A stretch of DNA of 64,000 nucleotides from Macrostomum hystrix (GCA_950097015.1 CATNEN010000037.1:3348001-3412000), one strand, 5' to 3'; shown: positions 32,831-44,454, counted from the first letter of the stretch. Made by a program: numbers and translations. Notes: generated by a model from the sequence alone, not told the origin.

Positions 32831-34901
32831 TTATTTATTTCTCGTTTCGTATCTCTTGCCGCTGGCCATCATGAACACGAAGTCGTCGTAGCTGATGCGC
32901 CCGTCACAGTCCAGATCCGCTTCGACAAACATTTCATCCAGCTCCTCTGGCGTCGCCGAGATCCGCATGCTGGCTAGGCTGGCCGCCAGCTCCTCCCGAG
33001 TGATGTAGCCGTCACCGTTCTTGTCGAATACCTGCGGCGTGAACACTGTGAACTGGTGAACACTGTGAACTGGTGAACACTGTGAACTGGTGAACACTGT
33101 GAACTGGTGAACACTGTGAACTGGTGAACACTGTGAACTGGTGAACACTGTGAACTGGTGAGCACTGTGAACTGGTGAACACTGTGAACTGGTGAACACT
33201 GTGAACTGGTGAACACTGTGAACTGGTGAACACTGTGAACTGGTGAACACTGTGAACTGGTGAACACTGTGAACTGGTGAGCACTGTGAACTGGTGAGCA
33301 CTGTGAACTGGTGAGCACTGTGAACTGGTGAACACTGTGAACTGGTGAACACTGTGAACTGGTGAACACTGTGAACTGGTGAACACTGTGAACTGGTGAA
33401 CACTGTGAACTGGTGAACACTGTGAACTGGTGAACACTGTGAACTGGTGAACACTGTGAACTGGTGAACACTGTGAACTGGTGAACACTGTGAACTGGTG
33501 AACACTGTGAACTGGTGAGCACTGTGAACTGGTGAGCACTGTGAACTGGTGAACACTGTGAAACTGGTGAACACTGTGAACTGGTGAACACTGTGAACTG
33601 GTGAACACTGTGAACTGGTGAGCACTGTGAACATACCTTAAAAGCGCCCCTAGTTTCTTCAGTCGGTGTGCGCCGCCTCAACTTGATCATGATCATCTGG
33701 ACAAACTCTTCGAATTCAATGGAACCGTTGCCATCCTGATCAACCTCGTTAACAATGTCCTATTGTGTGAGGATTTTTTTGGCTTCTTTAGTTCATTTGT
33801 CTGAGAATTTCGAGAAGGGAACACGTCAAAATAATAGTGTCATGGAAGAAGTGTCAGATGAGAAGAGTGTCAGATGTGAAGAGTGTCATGGAAGAAGTGT
33901 CAGATGAGAAGAGTGTCAGATGTGAAGAGTGTCATGGAAGAAGTGTCAGATGAGAAGAGTGTCATGGAAGAAGTGTCAGATGAGAAGAGTGTCAGATGTG
34001 AAGAGTGTCATGGAAGAAGTGTCATGGAAGAGGTGTCAGATGAGAAGAGTGTCAGATGTGAAGAGTGTCATGGAAGAAGTGTCAGATGAGAAGAGTGTCA
34101 GATGAGAAGAGTGTCATGGAAGAGGTGTCAGATGTGAAGAGTGTCATGGAAGAAGTGTCAGATGAGAAGAGTGTCAGATGTGAAGAGTGTCATGGAAGAA
34201 GTGTCATGGAAGAGGTGTCAGATGAGAAGAAGTGTCAGATGAGAAGAGTGTCAGGGAAGAAGTGTCAGATGAGAAGAAGTGTCAGATGAGAAGAGTGTCA
34301 GGGAAGAAGTGTCAGATGAGAAGAGTGTCATGGAAGAAGTGTCAGATGAGAAGAGTGTCAGATGTGAAGAGTGTCATGGAAGAAGTGTCAGATGAGAAGA
34401 AGTGTCAGGGAAGAAGTGTCAGATGAGAAGAGTGTCAGATGTGAAGAGTGTCATGGAAGAAGTGTCAGATGAGAAGAGTGTCAGATGTGAAGAGTGTCAT
34501 GGAAGAAGTGTCAGATGAGAAGAAGTGTCAGATGTGAAGAGTGTCATGGAAGAAGTGTCAGATGAGAAGAGTGTCAGATGAGAAGAGTGTCAGATGTGAA
34601 GAGTGTCATGGAAGAAGTGTCAGATGAGAAGAGTGTCAGATGAGAAGAGTGTCAGGGAAGAAGTGTCAGACGGTAAGAGTGTCAGGTGAGGAGAGGAGAT
34701 CAGAGGAGTGGAGCATGACATCACAGAAAGGAGTGTGACCTTGAGCTCGGAGTCCGTCGGATTATGTCCCAGAGACCGCATCGCGTGGCCCAAATCGTCA
34801 ATGGTGATGCTGCCACAAGCGGATCTGTCAAACAGGTTGAAGACGGTTCTTAGCTGAGCAACCTGCTCCTCTGGTATGCTGTCACTGTCGAAGTCAGTCA
34901 T
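32831..34901 (-). CDS. Calmodulin-like 4-EF-hand protein, 3 exons: 34740-34901, 33637-33759, 32831-33031; 161 aa
   Basis: LRTVFNLFDRSACGSITIDDLGHAMRSLGHNPTDSELK|DIVNEVDQDGNGSIEFEEFV...RGAFK|VFDKNGDGYITREEL...EADLDCDGRISYDDF. Two phase-0 GT-AG introns. Too divergent to be canonical calmodulin. Confidence 0.92.
33040..33632. repeat. 17-bp minisatellite (GAACACTGTGAACTGGT)n occupying nearly all of CaM-like intron 2
   Basis: Direct reading, about 35 copies. Confidence 0.97.
33835..34680. repeat. Compound repeat of GTGTCAGATG(A/T)GAAGA and GTGTCATGGAAGAA units in CaM-like intron 1
   Basis: Direct reading of interleaved 14-17-bp units sharing a GTGTCA core. Confidence 0.93.
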
Positions 34902-35554
34902 TTTCTTCTCTGTACTTTAAGTATTTTAGCCCGCTAAGGCTGATATTTATCGCCTTGTTGAAGTGCCTGAAAGCGTGTCTGTTATCGCTTTAGCTGGGTC
35001 TTACTGCTTCTAGTTAGATTGAGAAGATTGCTTATATGGTTGGAGCTTCTTCTCTCACTCTCTGTGGCAATTTTATGGCTATTGTGTTGATTATCATACA
35101 CTTGATTGTTTGCTGGCAATTTTGAAAAGCAAGCTGCACGGCACGGGACTATTTTTGAGTCCTCCCCCAGATGTACAGCACTCCATCTCAGTTCCAAGCC
35201 AATTACCTCTCTATCTCTTCAAGCGGTGTACAGACTGTCTGCAAATGTACAGCTGTTGCTGGTGTTTTCACAGAAAATCTGATTGTGCAAAGGAATGCAG
35301 TAGCGACTAACATGTTGAGGTCTAATCTGTACCACGAGTTGCACTGCCTTATCAATGACAAAAGTTACTGACTTAAAAATGCACTTTGAACATTTTTTCT
35401 TCATGCGATCTCTCCTTTGACGTTAAGCATTGCGGATGCGTTAAAATAAAAAAATGGCTTTATTTATGAAAAAAATATCCTTACTTAAGTTCATCGTTGA
35501 TTCATTCTCAGTGATAATGATAATGGCTCATTCTGATTCCGTCAAGGTCAGTCT

Positions 35555-36080
35555 AAACTGACTGGGTCAGTCTGGGTCAGTCTGGGTCTGTGTAGGTCAA
35601 CCTGGTTCAGTCTGCTTATGTCTGGGTCAGTCAGGGTCAGTGTAGGTCAGTCTGGGTCAGTCTGGGTCAGTCTGGGTCAGTGTAGGTCAGCCTGGTTCAG
35701 TCTGGGTCAGTCTGGTTCAGTCTGGTTAAGTCTGGTTTAGTCTCGTTTAGTCTGGGTCAGTCTGGGTCAGTGTAGGTCAGCCTGGTTCAGTCTGGGTCAG
35801 TCTGGTTCAGTCTGGTTAAGTCTGGTTTAGTCTCGTTTAGTCTGGGTCAGTCTGGGTCAGTGTAGGTCAGCCTGGTTCAGTCTGCTTATGTCTGGGTCAG
35901 TCTGGGTCAGTGTAGGTCAGCCTAGCTGGTTCAGTCTGCTTATGTCAGGGTCAGTCTGGGTCAGTGTAGGTCAGTCAGGGTCAGTCTGGGTCAGTGTAGG
36001 TCAGTCTGGGTCAGTCTGGGTCAGTCTGCTTATGTCTGGGTCAGTCTGTGTCAGTCTGGGTCAGTCTGTTCAGTCTCAGT
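35555..36080. repeat. 10-bp repeat (GGTCAGTCTG)n
   Basis: Direct reading. Confidence 0.92.
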
Positions 36081-36535
36081 AAACAGATAATCTAAACATT
36101 GTTTACAATTTCTAAATGATTTAAAGTGCAGCACTGAATGCTAAAACATTATTTAATTGGTTATTTATCAGAAATAATCAATCGTTTGCCACACCCCTAC
36201 TTTTGCAGGAACTTTTCTGAATTTTTAAAGCATGGAATGTGTTTTTAAAACTAAACGGACCTTAGCCTACTGTTAGTAGCCAGAGTGGAAGCAAGATTTT
36301 GGAAAGTCGTAAACTAATAACACAACTAAGGCAAATGCTAAAATCATTTCAATCACTAAAAATTTTTCGTAATTACTCTTAGACTTTTAACAATTAGCGT
36401 TGTTACTTTTCTTACTAATGACGAATTATCCATGAAAAAGACTAACGCATTGTTACTTATTGTCTCTCATGGACCCCAAGTATCAAGAAGTACATTGCTA
36501 TAGCAGTTCTTGCTCCGAGTATAGCAGCGATGGAC

Positions 36536-37765
36536 TCAGCTGGCCTCAGCAACAATCTCAACCGGCTCAGATGCCGCAGCCTCGGCCGCCTTGCCCCGCT
36601 CCCGCTCGGTCGCCTCCTCCTCCTTGTAGTACTTGTTGACCCACAGTCTGTGCACCAGCTCAGTGGTGACCAGGTGACCCGAGTTGGACGCAATCAGGCG
36701 CAGCAGAAACACGCCATCGTTTCCCAGATGCCGACTGGTGAATTCTCGCAGCGCCGTGCCGTCGAGGTTGCCTCTGAATCGGTCGCTGGTGGACAGGTAG
36801 CTGTCCAAAAAGTCGTGCTGTTTGAACGGCAGGCAGTAGAGCAGCCAGTACAGCAGGCTGACTATGTTGGCGGCCGTGATAACCAGATACCAGAACCAGA
36901 GGAAGGTGAAGATCTTCTCGTTGAACAGGTTGACGGTGAGAACGCACTGCATGGTGTACGGATGCCGGACGTTGAGCCGCCTGATCTCGAAGTCGCAGTG
37001 GGTGATGCGCGGGAAGATTCCGCTGCTGCGCCAGCTCTTGCCTTGTACAATCTCGCTGAAGATGCCCAGATCGAAGACCCGGTAGCTGGAGCTGAGCATG
37101 CAGCACACTGCCAGGAGTAGGCCGAGCGAGGCGCCAAAGAATAGCAGCTTGGTGAACAGGTAGCTAAGGATCAGGTAGGAGCCAAAGCCTCCGCGTAGAG
37201 TTTTGCGCAGCCTCTCCGTGCGGCTCTTCCTGTTCTTGTCGTCGAGGTTGAAGACGACCGCCTCCTCGACACTCCTGGCCAGAGAGGCGATGGCCTCAGG
37301 TCGCTTGTCCGGATCAACGCCGATCACAGACGAGGCCTTCTGCACAATGGTCTTCAGGCTGACACCTGTGCGGGTGTTGAGAATCTTCCAGACGATGTTT
37401 GGCACATTCAGCGCCAGAGCCATGAGGGCGAGGATGAAGGGCACGTACTGGTAATAGTTGATTTCGTTTCGTTTTCGAACGTTGGCATGATCCGGCACCC
37501 CAATCTCATCCATGGGCACAAAGTAGGTGTTCTTGATCCAGCAGTAGCTCTCCGAATATTTCTCCCATTGTTCGCTGAACTCAGCCGGTATCCAGCACTG
37601 CAGCGGCTTGCCGACATACTGCTTGGCGCTGACGATGACGGCAAAGATCACAATCATGATTGACGTGTAGTAATAGTTGAGCCTGTCCGCAAAGTCATTG
37701 TCCGACCGAAGCGTCGGGTCTGTCAAACTGAAGCCGCCAACTTTGTTGAAGAAGTCCTGATTCAT
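36536..37765 (-). CDS. Innexin (gap junction / hemichannel protein), single coding exon; likely start at ATG 37765
   Basis: DDFADRLN-like NDFADRLNYYYT, AKQYVGKPLQCWIPAEF...SYCWIKNTYF, YYQYVPF, IFPRITHCDF, QCVL.VNLFNEKIF.FLWFW; four TM segments. ORF extends upstream to 37810. Confidence 0.95.
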   Translation of the reverse strand: MNQDFFNKVGGFSLTDPTLRSDNDFADRLNYYYTSIMIVIFAVIVSAKQYVGKPLQCWIPAEFSEQWEKYSESYCWIKNTYFVPMDEIGVPDHANVRKRNEINYYQYVPFILALMALALNVPNIVWKILNTRTGVSLKTIVQKASSVIGVDPDKRPEAIASLARSVEEAVVFNLDDKNRKSRTERLRKTLRGGFGSYLILSYLFTKLLFFGASLGLLLAVCCMLSSSYRVFDLGIFSEIVQGKSWRSSGIFPRITHCDFEIRRLNVRHPYTMQCVLTVNLFNEKIFTFLWFWYLVITAANIVSLLYWLLYCLPFKQHDFLDSYLSTSDRFRGNLDGTALREFTSRHLGNDGVFLLRLIASNSGHLVTTELVHRLWVNKYYKEEEATERERGKAAEAAASEPVEIVAEAS

Positions 37766-38694
37766 GACTGCTGCTTGCTGGCAGAGCTGGAACAATTTTA
37801 TCAATTTCATTATAAAACAGTGCTTCTGCCAGGTCAGAATTAGCTCGTATTAACAATTCTTAGAAAAAAAATCTGTTCCGTACGCTCTTCCCGCCCCTGC
37901 ACCCTAGCAGACAAGATGGCTACGGGACCCAGGTGTGTCTGGCTCATCCCCAAGAATGTAATGCGACTCACCTGTCTGGATTAAGATTTTCCTCTTCTAT
38001 AAGAAGAAGAACAGAAATGTGAAGCAGACGCGAGCTTGGTTTCAGATTTCTGCCTTGTTGGGTACAAGCGTTTGACTGAGCGCACAATGCAGTCTAATTT
38101 GAAGCGAATATTTTCCCTGCCTTGCCAAATTTGAGACCGTGTTATCTTATCGCACTACAGTCACTGCCAGATTTCCTGAGACGCATAGCTATTACTGCTG
38201 TCTTCTGATTCCTACTCAAGAATCATTGTTGCGCTAAAACTTCTCTCTATTTGTGTCTCTTTCTCCCTCTCTTGGTTGTTAAAAACACCACAAACCTTTA
38301 AAAATGTCATGTGACCCTGTCGATTCGAGCTGATGTACAGTGCTTTGGTCTGCCATTGTAGAATACCTGAAATTCTTATCGTCAGATTAGACTACTACTA
38401 TATAGCTGTCTGTTTCAATTTTGCACACACCACTTTTAACTCGGTTTTTCATCTAGATTTAAAAAGCAGATACAACTCTGATAGCAACAAGTTTGGGTTT
38501 TTATGTCTTGTGGCCTTGGATTTACGCCTAAAGCGCTGACAGGAGAGTGTCATATTTCATAACAAAACCCAAACACGCCAGCCATTGGTGCCCTCAGAAT
38601 TCTACCTCGACAGTTTAAATATAAAGTAGAACCTGTGGCTCTACACATCTAACAATAACTGTAATACAGTACAAGCGAAATAATGTGCATGGCT

Positions 38695-39037
38695 TCACAC
38701 GTCCACCCCAACACCCTCAGCCCTGTGCATAAACTTGACACCTTCACCCCAACACCCTCAGTCCTGTGCATAGCTTGACACCTCCACCCAACATCCTCAG
38801 TCCTGTGCATAGCTTGACACCTCCACCCCAACACCCTCAGTCCTGTGCATGGCTTCACACCTCCACCCCAACACCCTCAGTCCTGTGCATGGCTTCACAC
38901 GTCCACCCCAACACCCTCAGTCCTGTGCATAGCTTGACACCTCCACCCAACATCCTCAGTCCTGTGCATGGCTTCACACCTCCACCCCAATACCCTTAGT
39001 CCTGTGCATAAGCTTGACACCTCCACCCCAACACCCT
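38695..39037. repeat. 39-40-bp minisatellite (CAGTCCTGTGCAT...ACACCTCCACCCCAACACCCT)n
   Basis: About 9 copies; directly abuts SINE copy 2. Confidence 0.92.
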
Positions 39038-39356
39038 GGGGGTCAGTGGCAGAGCGGTTAACGCGATTGCCTCTGGCACCAAATGTCCCTGGGCTCGATT
39101 CCGCGGCGAGGCCACATTTATTTGGGGCGCAGCCGCGGAGAGAAGGCTTGGGGGTTTGTTGTGCAATTTACACCATTGGGGGCCAACATCCAAGTCACAG
39201 GGAGAGTGTACATTGCCTGACGATGAGAAAGTAAGATCAGATGTACACACCTGTGTGAGCGAAATGCGGAGAATTGGCTCCTCGCTGGTTGCGGGTCTAG
39301 TGTCACAAAATGATGTGCCATTGCCCGCAGCCTTCCCACAATTATTATTATTATTT
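39038..39356 (+). mobile_element. tRNA-derived SINE, copy 2
   Basis: GGGGTCAGTGGCAGAGCGG A box, GGCTCGATTCC B-box variant, shared body and (ATT)n tail. Confidence 0.85.
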
Positions 39357-40795
39357 ATCACATCATCCATCTCAACACCCTTGGCCTTAATAGTTCAAAG
39401 ACGGCTTAAAATAAAATTTGTTTCTACAAGCGAAGAAACTAAAATGTTAAAATCTCTCTAGAAATTAGGAAAGCACCTCTCATGTTTACTTTCTGCTTCA
39501 TATTTCGCTCTCGTGTTGAAGCCGTGCTCAACAGCTCAACTCATGTGTTTTACTGCCTCCTGTTTATCTTCTCAACAAAGCGACATAAAAGCCTCGGTTA
39601 GCATCCAAGTCAAGTCTATTGTATTTTTTTTCTTTCAGTTACGCGAAAGATGGGATTAGACAGTCAGCGCTTGGGGCGTCAAAGTCAAGAAAATTAAAAC
39701 AATAAATAGGCGCCATCAAATTAGACATTGAAAGACGGATGCTTCTTCTTGTGCTAGCGTTTGTCTTGTGTTAACTAAATTTTTCTAAATTCAGATTGAC
39801 TGCTGTTTTCGGGTTACAGTTAATAGTGCGGCAGGTATCTCGTACATTCAATATTTGAAAGTAAACGCTAATCGTTACTTAACGAAATACCACGGCGTTT
39901 TTAATACCCAATTTTTTTTTCGGTATGCCAATCCAGAACACCGGCTAAAATTTTTCGCTCAATCCGATGACAACACTTCCAGAATCTCAAAACATCGGCG
40001 TCGTCGAGATATTCAACGATTCTCGTCGGGGGAGCTGGGAGAAGAACAACCAATATCGCCGTAAACTGCTTTTCTAGTTGTCCTTGTCACCAGAGTCTTC
40101 GACAAGAATCGTCCACGGACTGAACATCTGTACACAGCCGTAGGCTAGCTATCTACCAAGCTACGTGTGATTTTTATTTATCTTCTGACAAATTTCAATC
40201 TTATAAATTTGTCATAGCCATTCATAAAATGTCTATTAATAGTATTTTTAGCAGAATGAAAATCTAACTTAAAGCGATTAGCCGCAGAATCGACGCAAAA
40301 TAAAAAATTGCTCCGAAAATACGCGCGTCACTGAGCCCGCTCTGTCCCAGTCAACAACTATATTGCTGATAAAGTCGACAATTATCTGTTTTATCCCGGG
40401 CACACCCGTTCCCATAGAGACTGGGTTTAGGGAGAGAAAGGGTGAGCAAGCTCGGCTCCTCGCTTCCTGTTTCCCACAGAGTCACGCGGAGCCCGCATGA
40501 AGGTAAATCTAAAAAATTTACAATTACTGAGCCCAAACCCAAGTCGATTCAGCTAAAACAATACAATTTTATCCATATAAACTTCTCTAAGAGGCACTCT
40601 AAATTTATTAACTCTGCTCTCGAACTTAGGACCTTAGGGGGGGCTAATTATGAATAAATAAGAAGACAAAGGCTAGACAACAAGTTTTACCAAGTTAGTC
40701 TAAATGTAAGCCAGAAAAAATGCTTAATAGTTACAACTACAGATGCTGACGTACGGCTCATATATTTAGCTTTTTTATTCGAGTGCTGAGGTGTT

Positions 40796-41103
40796 AATAA
40801 TAAAAATAATAATTGCAGGAGGGCTGTGGGCTATGCGGGCAATGGCGTCACTAGACCTGCAGCCTAGACACAGATACTGTACGCAGGCACACGCTCACAC
40901 AAGTGTGTACATCTGTACTGAGTTTCTCATTGTCAGGCAGTGTACACTTTCACTGTGCCTTGGAGGTTGGTCCTCAAGGGCGCAAATTGCACGACAAGCC
41001 CCCAAGCCTTCTCTCCTTGGCAGAACCCCAAATGAGTGTGGCCTCGCCGCGGAATCGAACCTAGGGACCGTGGTGCGAGAGGTAAACGCTCTGCTACTCA
41101 CCC
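40796..41103 (-). mobile_element. tRNA-derived SINE, copy 3 (with internal deletions)
   Basis: GGTTCGATTCC B box, shared body and (ATT)n tail; begins about 7 nt after the GPCR2 stop. Confidence 0.85.
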
Positions 41104-41109
41104 GTGTGC

Positions 41110-42129
41110 TCAGATCCTCATAGAGTCACTCCCAGATCCCCAAAACTCCCAGATTCCCATAAGAGTTACTCTCAGATGATACTTCTGGCCCTCATTGGCA
41201 GGCTTGCCAGGTTTGTCCTCCTGTTGAATTTGACGCCTTTGCCGTCGCTGCTGCCGCTGCTGTTGCTGCCACTGCCGCTGCCGCCGCCGCTGACCGATGC
41301 GACGGCAAATGAGAGAGCGCATCACCTGCTGCCGGAAGCTGCCGCTGAAGCAGAGGAGTACGAACAGGTTTAAGCAGGTGTCGGCCACAATCAGCAGGTG
41401 GTTGACGCGGTAGAGAATGTGCAGCGTCTCGGCGAACTCCGTTGGAAAGCCCGCTTTGCTGCCGTTGGCCAACGTCCAGATGATGCCGAAGTACACAACC
41501 AGAGCGTACGGCAGCTCCAGCAGGACGAACGCCACGGCGATGCTCACCACAATGCGACTGGCCTGAGCTTCGCGGCGTTGAAAGTGGAACACGTTGGTGC
41601 GCCGGACGCGGTGCACAATGAGCGCCGAGGCGGACGCGATCACCGCGCCGGCTGTCACGGTGTTGAGAAAATGGCGCAATAGCGCCAGCGCCCTGCCCAG
41701 CAGCTTGGCGCCAGACTCTGGCGCGCAGTTGACTAGCGCCAGGTCCAGACAGCTCCAGGCGGCGCTGATCAGGCCAGCGCTGACGAACAGCCATGCCTGG
41801 CGCCTGGGCGACATCGACTCGCGGCTCTGAAGGGGCCTGGCCACCGCTTTGGCTCTGGCCACGGTCATTGCGCACAGCCAGAAATTGCGCAACAGATGCC
41901 AAGCTTCAAAGCTGTAATTGAACTTGTCCAGCACCGACACGGCGTTGCTGCAGGCCGGCGCCCAGACCTCCGAGTGCATGACCAGCAGGGAGAGGTTGAT
42001 GCCGACTTCCGCAGCGGCCAGCAGTGGGATGCCCTTGGCTCCGGTGCGCGGCCTCGGAGTGCGCGCCAGCAGCGCCAGGAGGCCGCAGTTCAGGAACAGG
42101 GCCAGCAGGCTCAACGCCTGGATTGACAC
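41110..42129 (-). CDS. Intronless rhodopsin-like 7TM GPCR (GPCR2), about 339+ aa; start codon unresolved
   Basis: TM3 LLRNFWLCAMTVARAKAVARPL, TM6 FVLLELPY, TM7 ADTCLNLFVLLCFSGSFRQ, then an R/Q-rich tail. Frame is open to 42255 but has no in-frame ATG. Confidence 0.78.
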   Translation of the reverse strand: MSIQALSLLALFLNCGLLALLARTPRPRTGAKGIPLLAAAEVGINLSLLVMHSEVWAPACSNAVSVLDKFNYSFEAWHLLRNFWLCAMTVARAKAVARPLQSRESMSPRRQAWLFVSAGLISAAWSCLDLALVNCAPESGAKLLGRALALLRHFLNTVTAGAVIASASALIVHRVRRTNVFHFQRREAQASRIVVSIAVAFVLLELPYALVVYFGIIWTLANGSKAGFPTEFAETLHILYRVNHLLIVADTCLNLFVLLCFSGSFRQQVMRSLICRRIGQRRRQRQWQQQQRQQRRQRRQIQQEDKPGKPANEGQKYHLRVTLMGIWEFWGSGSDSMRI

Positions 42130-42644
42130 GGCCAGCCGGCGCGATGTGGGTCCTGGATCCGGGAACTGGAGGCTGGCCGTTGCCGCATGCGGTTGTGTGG
42201 TTTCGAGTCGCGCACAGTGCGGGCAGCATGTTGTTATTGTTCCGATGCTGTTTGGTCAATAATATTTGGGATATTTTTCAGGTTGGAAAAGGTTGAATTT
42301 TAGGAAGCTGAAGGGAAAGGAGGGAGGCGATTTTCTCTCTATTTCTCTGCGATTCTCTTCTCGATCCTTACCTCATCAGCCCCACATCTTGTCTGCGTCC
42401 ATCTCAGATTGGTCGACCAATCAGTGCGCGCGACTCTTTGAAGAAGCCGGAGTTAAAAGTACATTCGTGCTGAATTCTCAATCTGGTTGATTGAAGCGGT
42501 CATATTTGTCTGTGTGCTTTGCTTTGGCTTTATCACGTCAGACTTGAATAATGATGCGGGCTATCAGACGTCAATAAGAACATTATAAAGTGTCAAACCT
42601 CAAAAAATTGGCCTGATGTGAGACATCATGATGGACACTGGGTC

Positions 42645-43718
42645 GCAGACGTCAATGAGGACACTGAGGTGTGCCAGACGTCAATGAGGACACTGAGGTG
42701 TGTCAGACGTCAATGAGGACACTGGTGTGTCAGACGTCAATAAGGACACTGGTGTGTCAGACGTCAATAAGGACACTGGTGTGTCAGACGTCAATAAGGA
42801 CACTGGTGTGTCAGACGTCAATAAGGACACTGGTGTGTCAGACGTCAATAAGGACACTGGTGTGTCAGACGTCAATCAGGACACTGTGGTGTGTCAGACG
42901 TCAATAAGGACACCGTTGTGTGTCAGACGTCAATAAGGACACTGGTGTGTCAGACGTCAATAAGGACACTGGTGTGTCAGACGTCAATCAGGACACTGTG
43001 GTGTGTCAGACGTCAATAAGGACACTGGTGTGTCAGACGTCAGTAAGGACACTGGTGTGTCAGACGTCAATAAGGACACTGGTGTGTCAGACGTCAATAA
43101 GGACACTGGTGTGTCAGACGTCAATAAGGACGCTGGTGTGTCAGACGTCAATAAGGACACTGGTGTGTCAGACGTCAATAAGGACACTGGTGTGTCAGAC
43201 GTCAATCAGGACACTGGTGTGTAAGAGGTCAATGAAGAAACTGGGTTCAGACGTCAATGAGGACACTGGTGTGTCAGACGTCAATAAGGACACTGGTGTG
43301 TCAGACGTCAATGAGGACACTGGTGTGTCAGACGTCAATAAGGACACCGTTGTGTGTCAGACGTCAATAAGGACACTGGTGTGTCAGACGTCAATGAGGA
43401 CACTGGTGTGTCAGACGTCAATAAGGACACCGTTGTGTGTCAGACGTCAATAAGGACACTGGTGTGTAAGAGGTCAATGAAGAAACTGGGTTCAGACGTC
43501 AATGAGGACACTGGTGTGTCAGACGTCAATAAGGACACTGGTGTGTCAGACGTCAATAAGGACACTGGTGTGTCAGACGTCAATGAGGACACTGGTGTGT
43601 CAGACGTCAATAAGGACACCGTTGTGTGTCAGACGTCAATAAGGACACCGTTTTGTGTCAGACATCAATCAGGACACTGGTGTGTCAGACGTCAATAAGG
43701 ACACTGGTGTGTCAGATG
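42645..43718. repeat. 27-bp minisatellite (GTCAGACGTCAATAAGGACACTGGTGT)n
   Basis: About 39 copies, with a duplicated variant block (AAGAGGTCAATGAAGAAACTGGGTT) at about 43222 and 43468. Confidence 0.96.
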
Positions 43719-44102
43719 AAGTCAATTTTCTATACAAGGGGCTGCGAGTCGAATATAATTTATTATCTGCTCGGGTGTCTGCGCCTTCATTCTCTATCGG
43801 GATGCTATCAACGTCCGGCTTCCAGTTCAAAGACATCTGCTGATTAAATAAGTTAATTAACAAAAACTTTCAGGTATACAGTTTGTCTGTCAAACAACTC
43901 AATCGCTGCTCTATCTTTATGCTAGATGTCTTCATTTCCGATCTTCATAATCAGTTGCAGTCCATATCTTATCTTCAAATCCTCGATTTGAACTGAAGTC
44001 CGCTTCTTCAGTTCTTTAATCTTTCTCATCCACATTTCAAGTCGACATTATCTTCTGTTTCATCGTATTAGTATTAATATATAGTGTTAAGAATAGAATA
44101 TT

Positions 44103-44440
44103 TGTTGTGGGCACTGTAACATAGGTTGGTTACAGTTGACCCGCAGCCAGAAAGGAGGCAATTCTGCCCATTTCGCTGACTCCTCAGCAATCACGCACAG
44201 ATACGAGCTACTGTACTAAAGCTGACTCACATGTACTCATCTGGCATGACTTTCTCATCGTCAGGCAGTGTACACTCTCACTGTGCCTTGGAGGTTGGCC
44301 CTCTAGGGCGTGAATTGCACGACAAGTCCCCAAACATTGCCTCCACTGCTGCGCCTCGATTGAATGCGACGTCGTCGCGGAATCGAGCTCAGGGACCTTG
44401 GTGCGAGGCAAACGGGTTATACCTTTCTGCCACTCACCCC
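44103..44440 (-). mobile_element. tRNA-derived SINE, copy 4 (more diverged)
   Basis: GGGGTGAGTGGCAGAAAGG head, AGCTCGATTCC B-box variant, shared body. Confidence 0.8.
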
Positions 44441-44454
44441 CTCCAGTCATTCAT

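Noticed and set aside
39038-39115. tRNA gene at the SINE heads
   Set aside because: A and B boxes are present, but the 5' GGGGTCAG has no complementary acceptor-stem 3' strand and the sequence continues into a shared SINE body.
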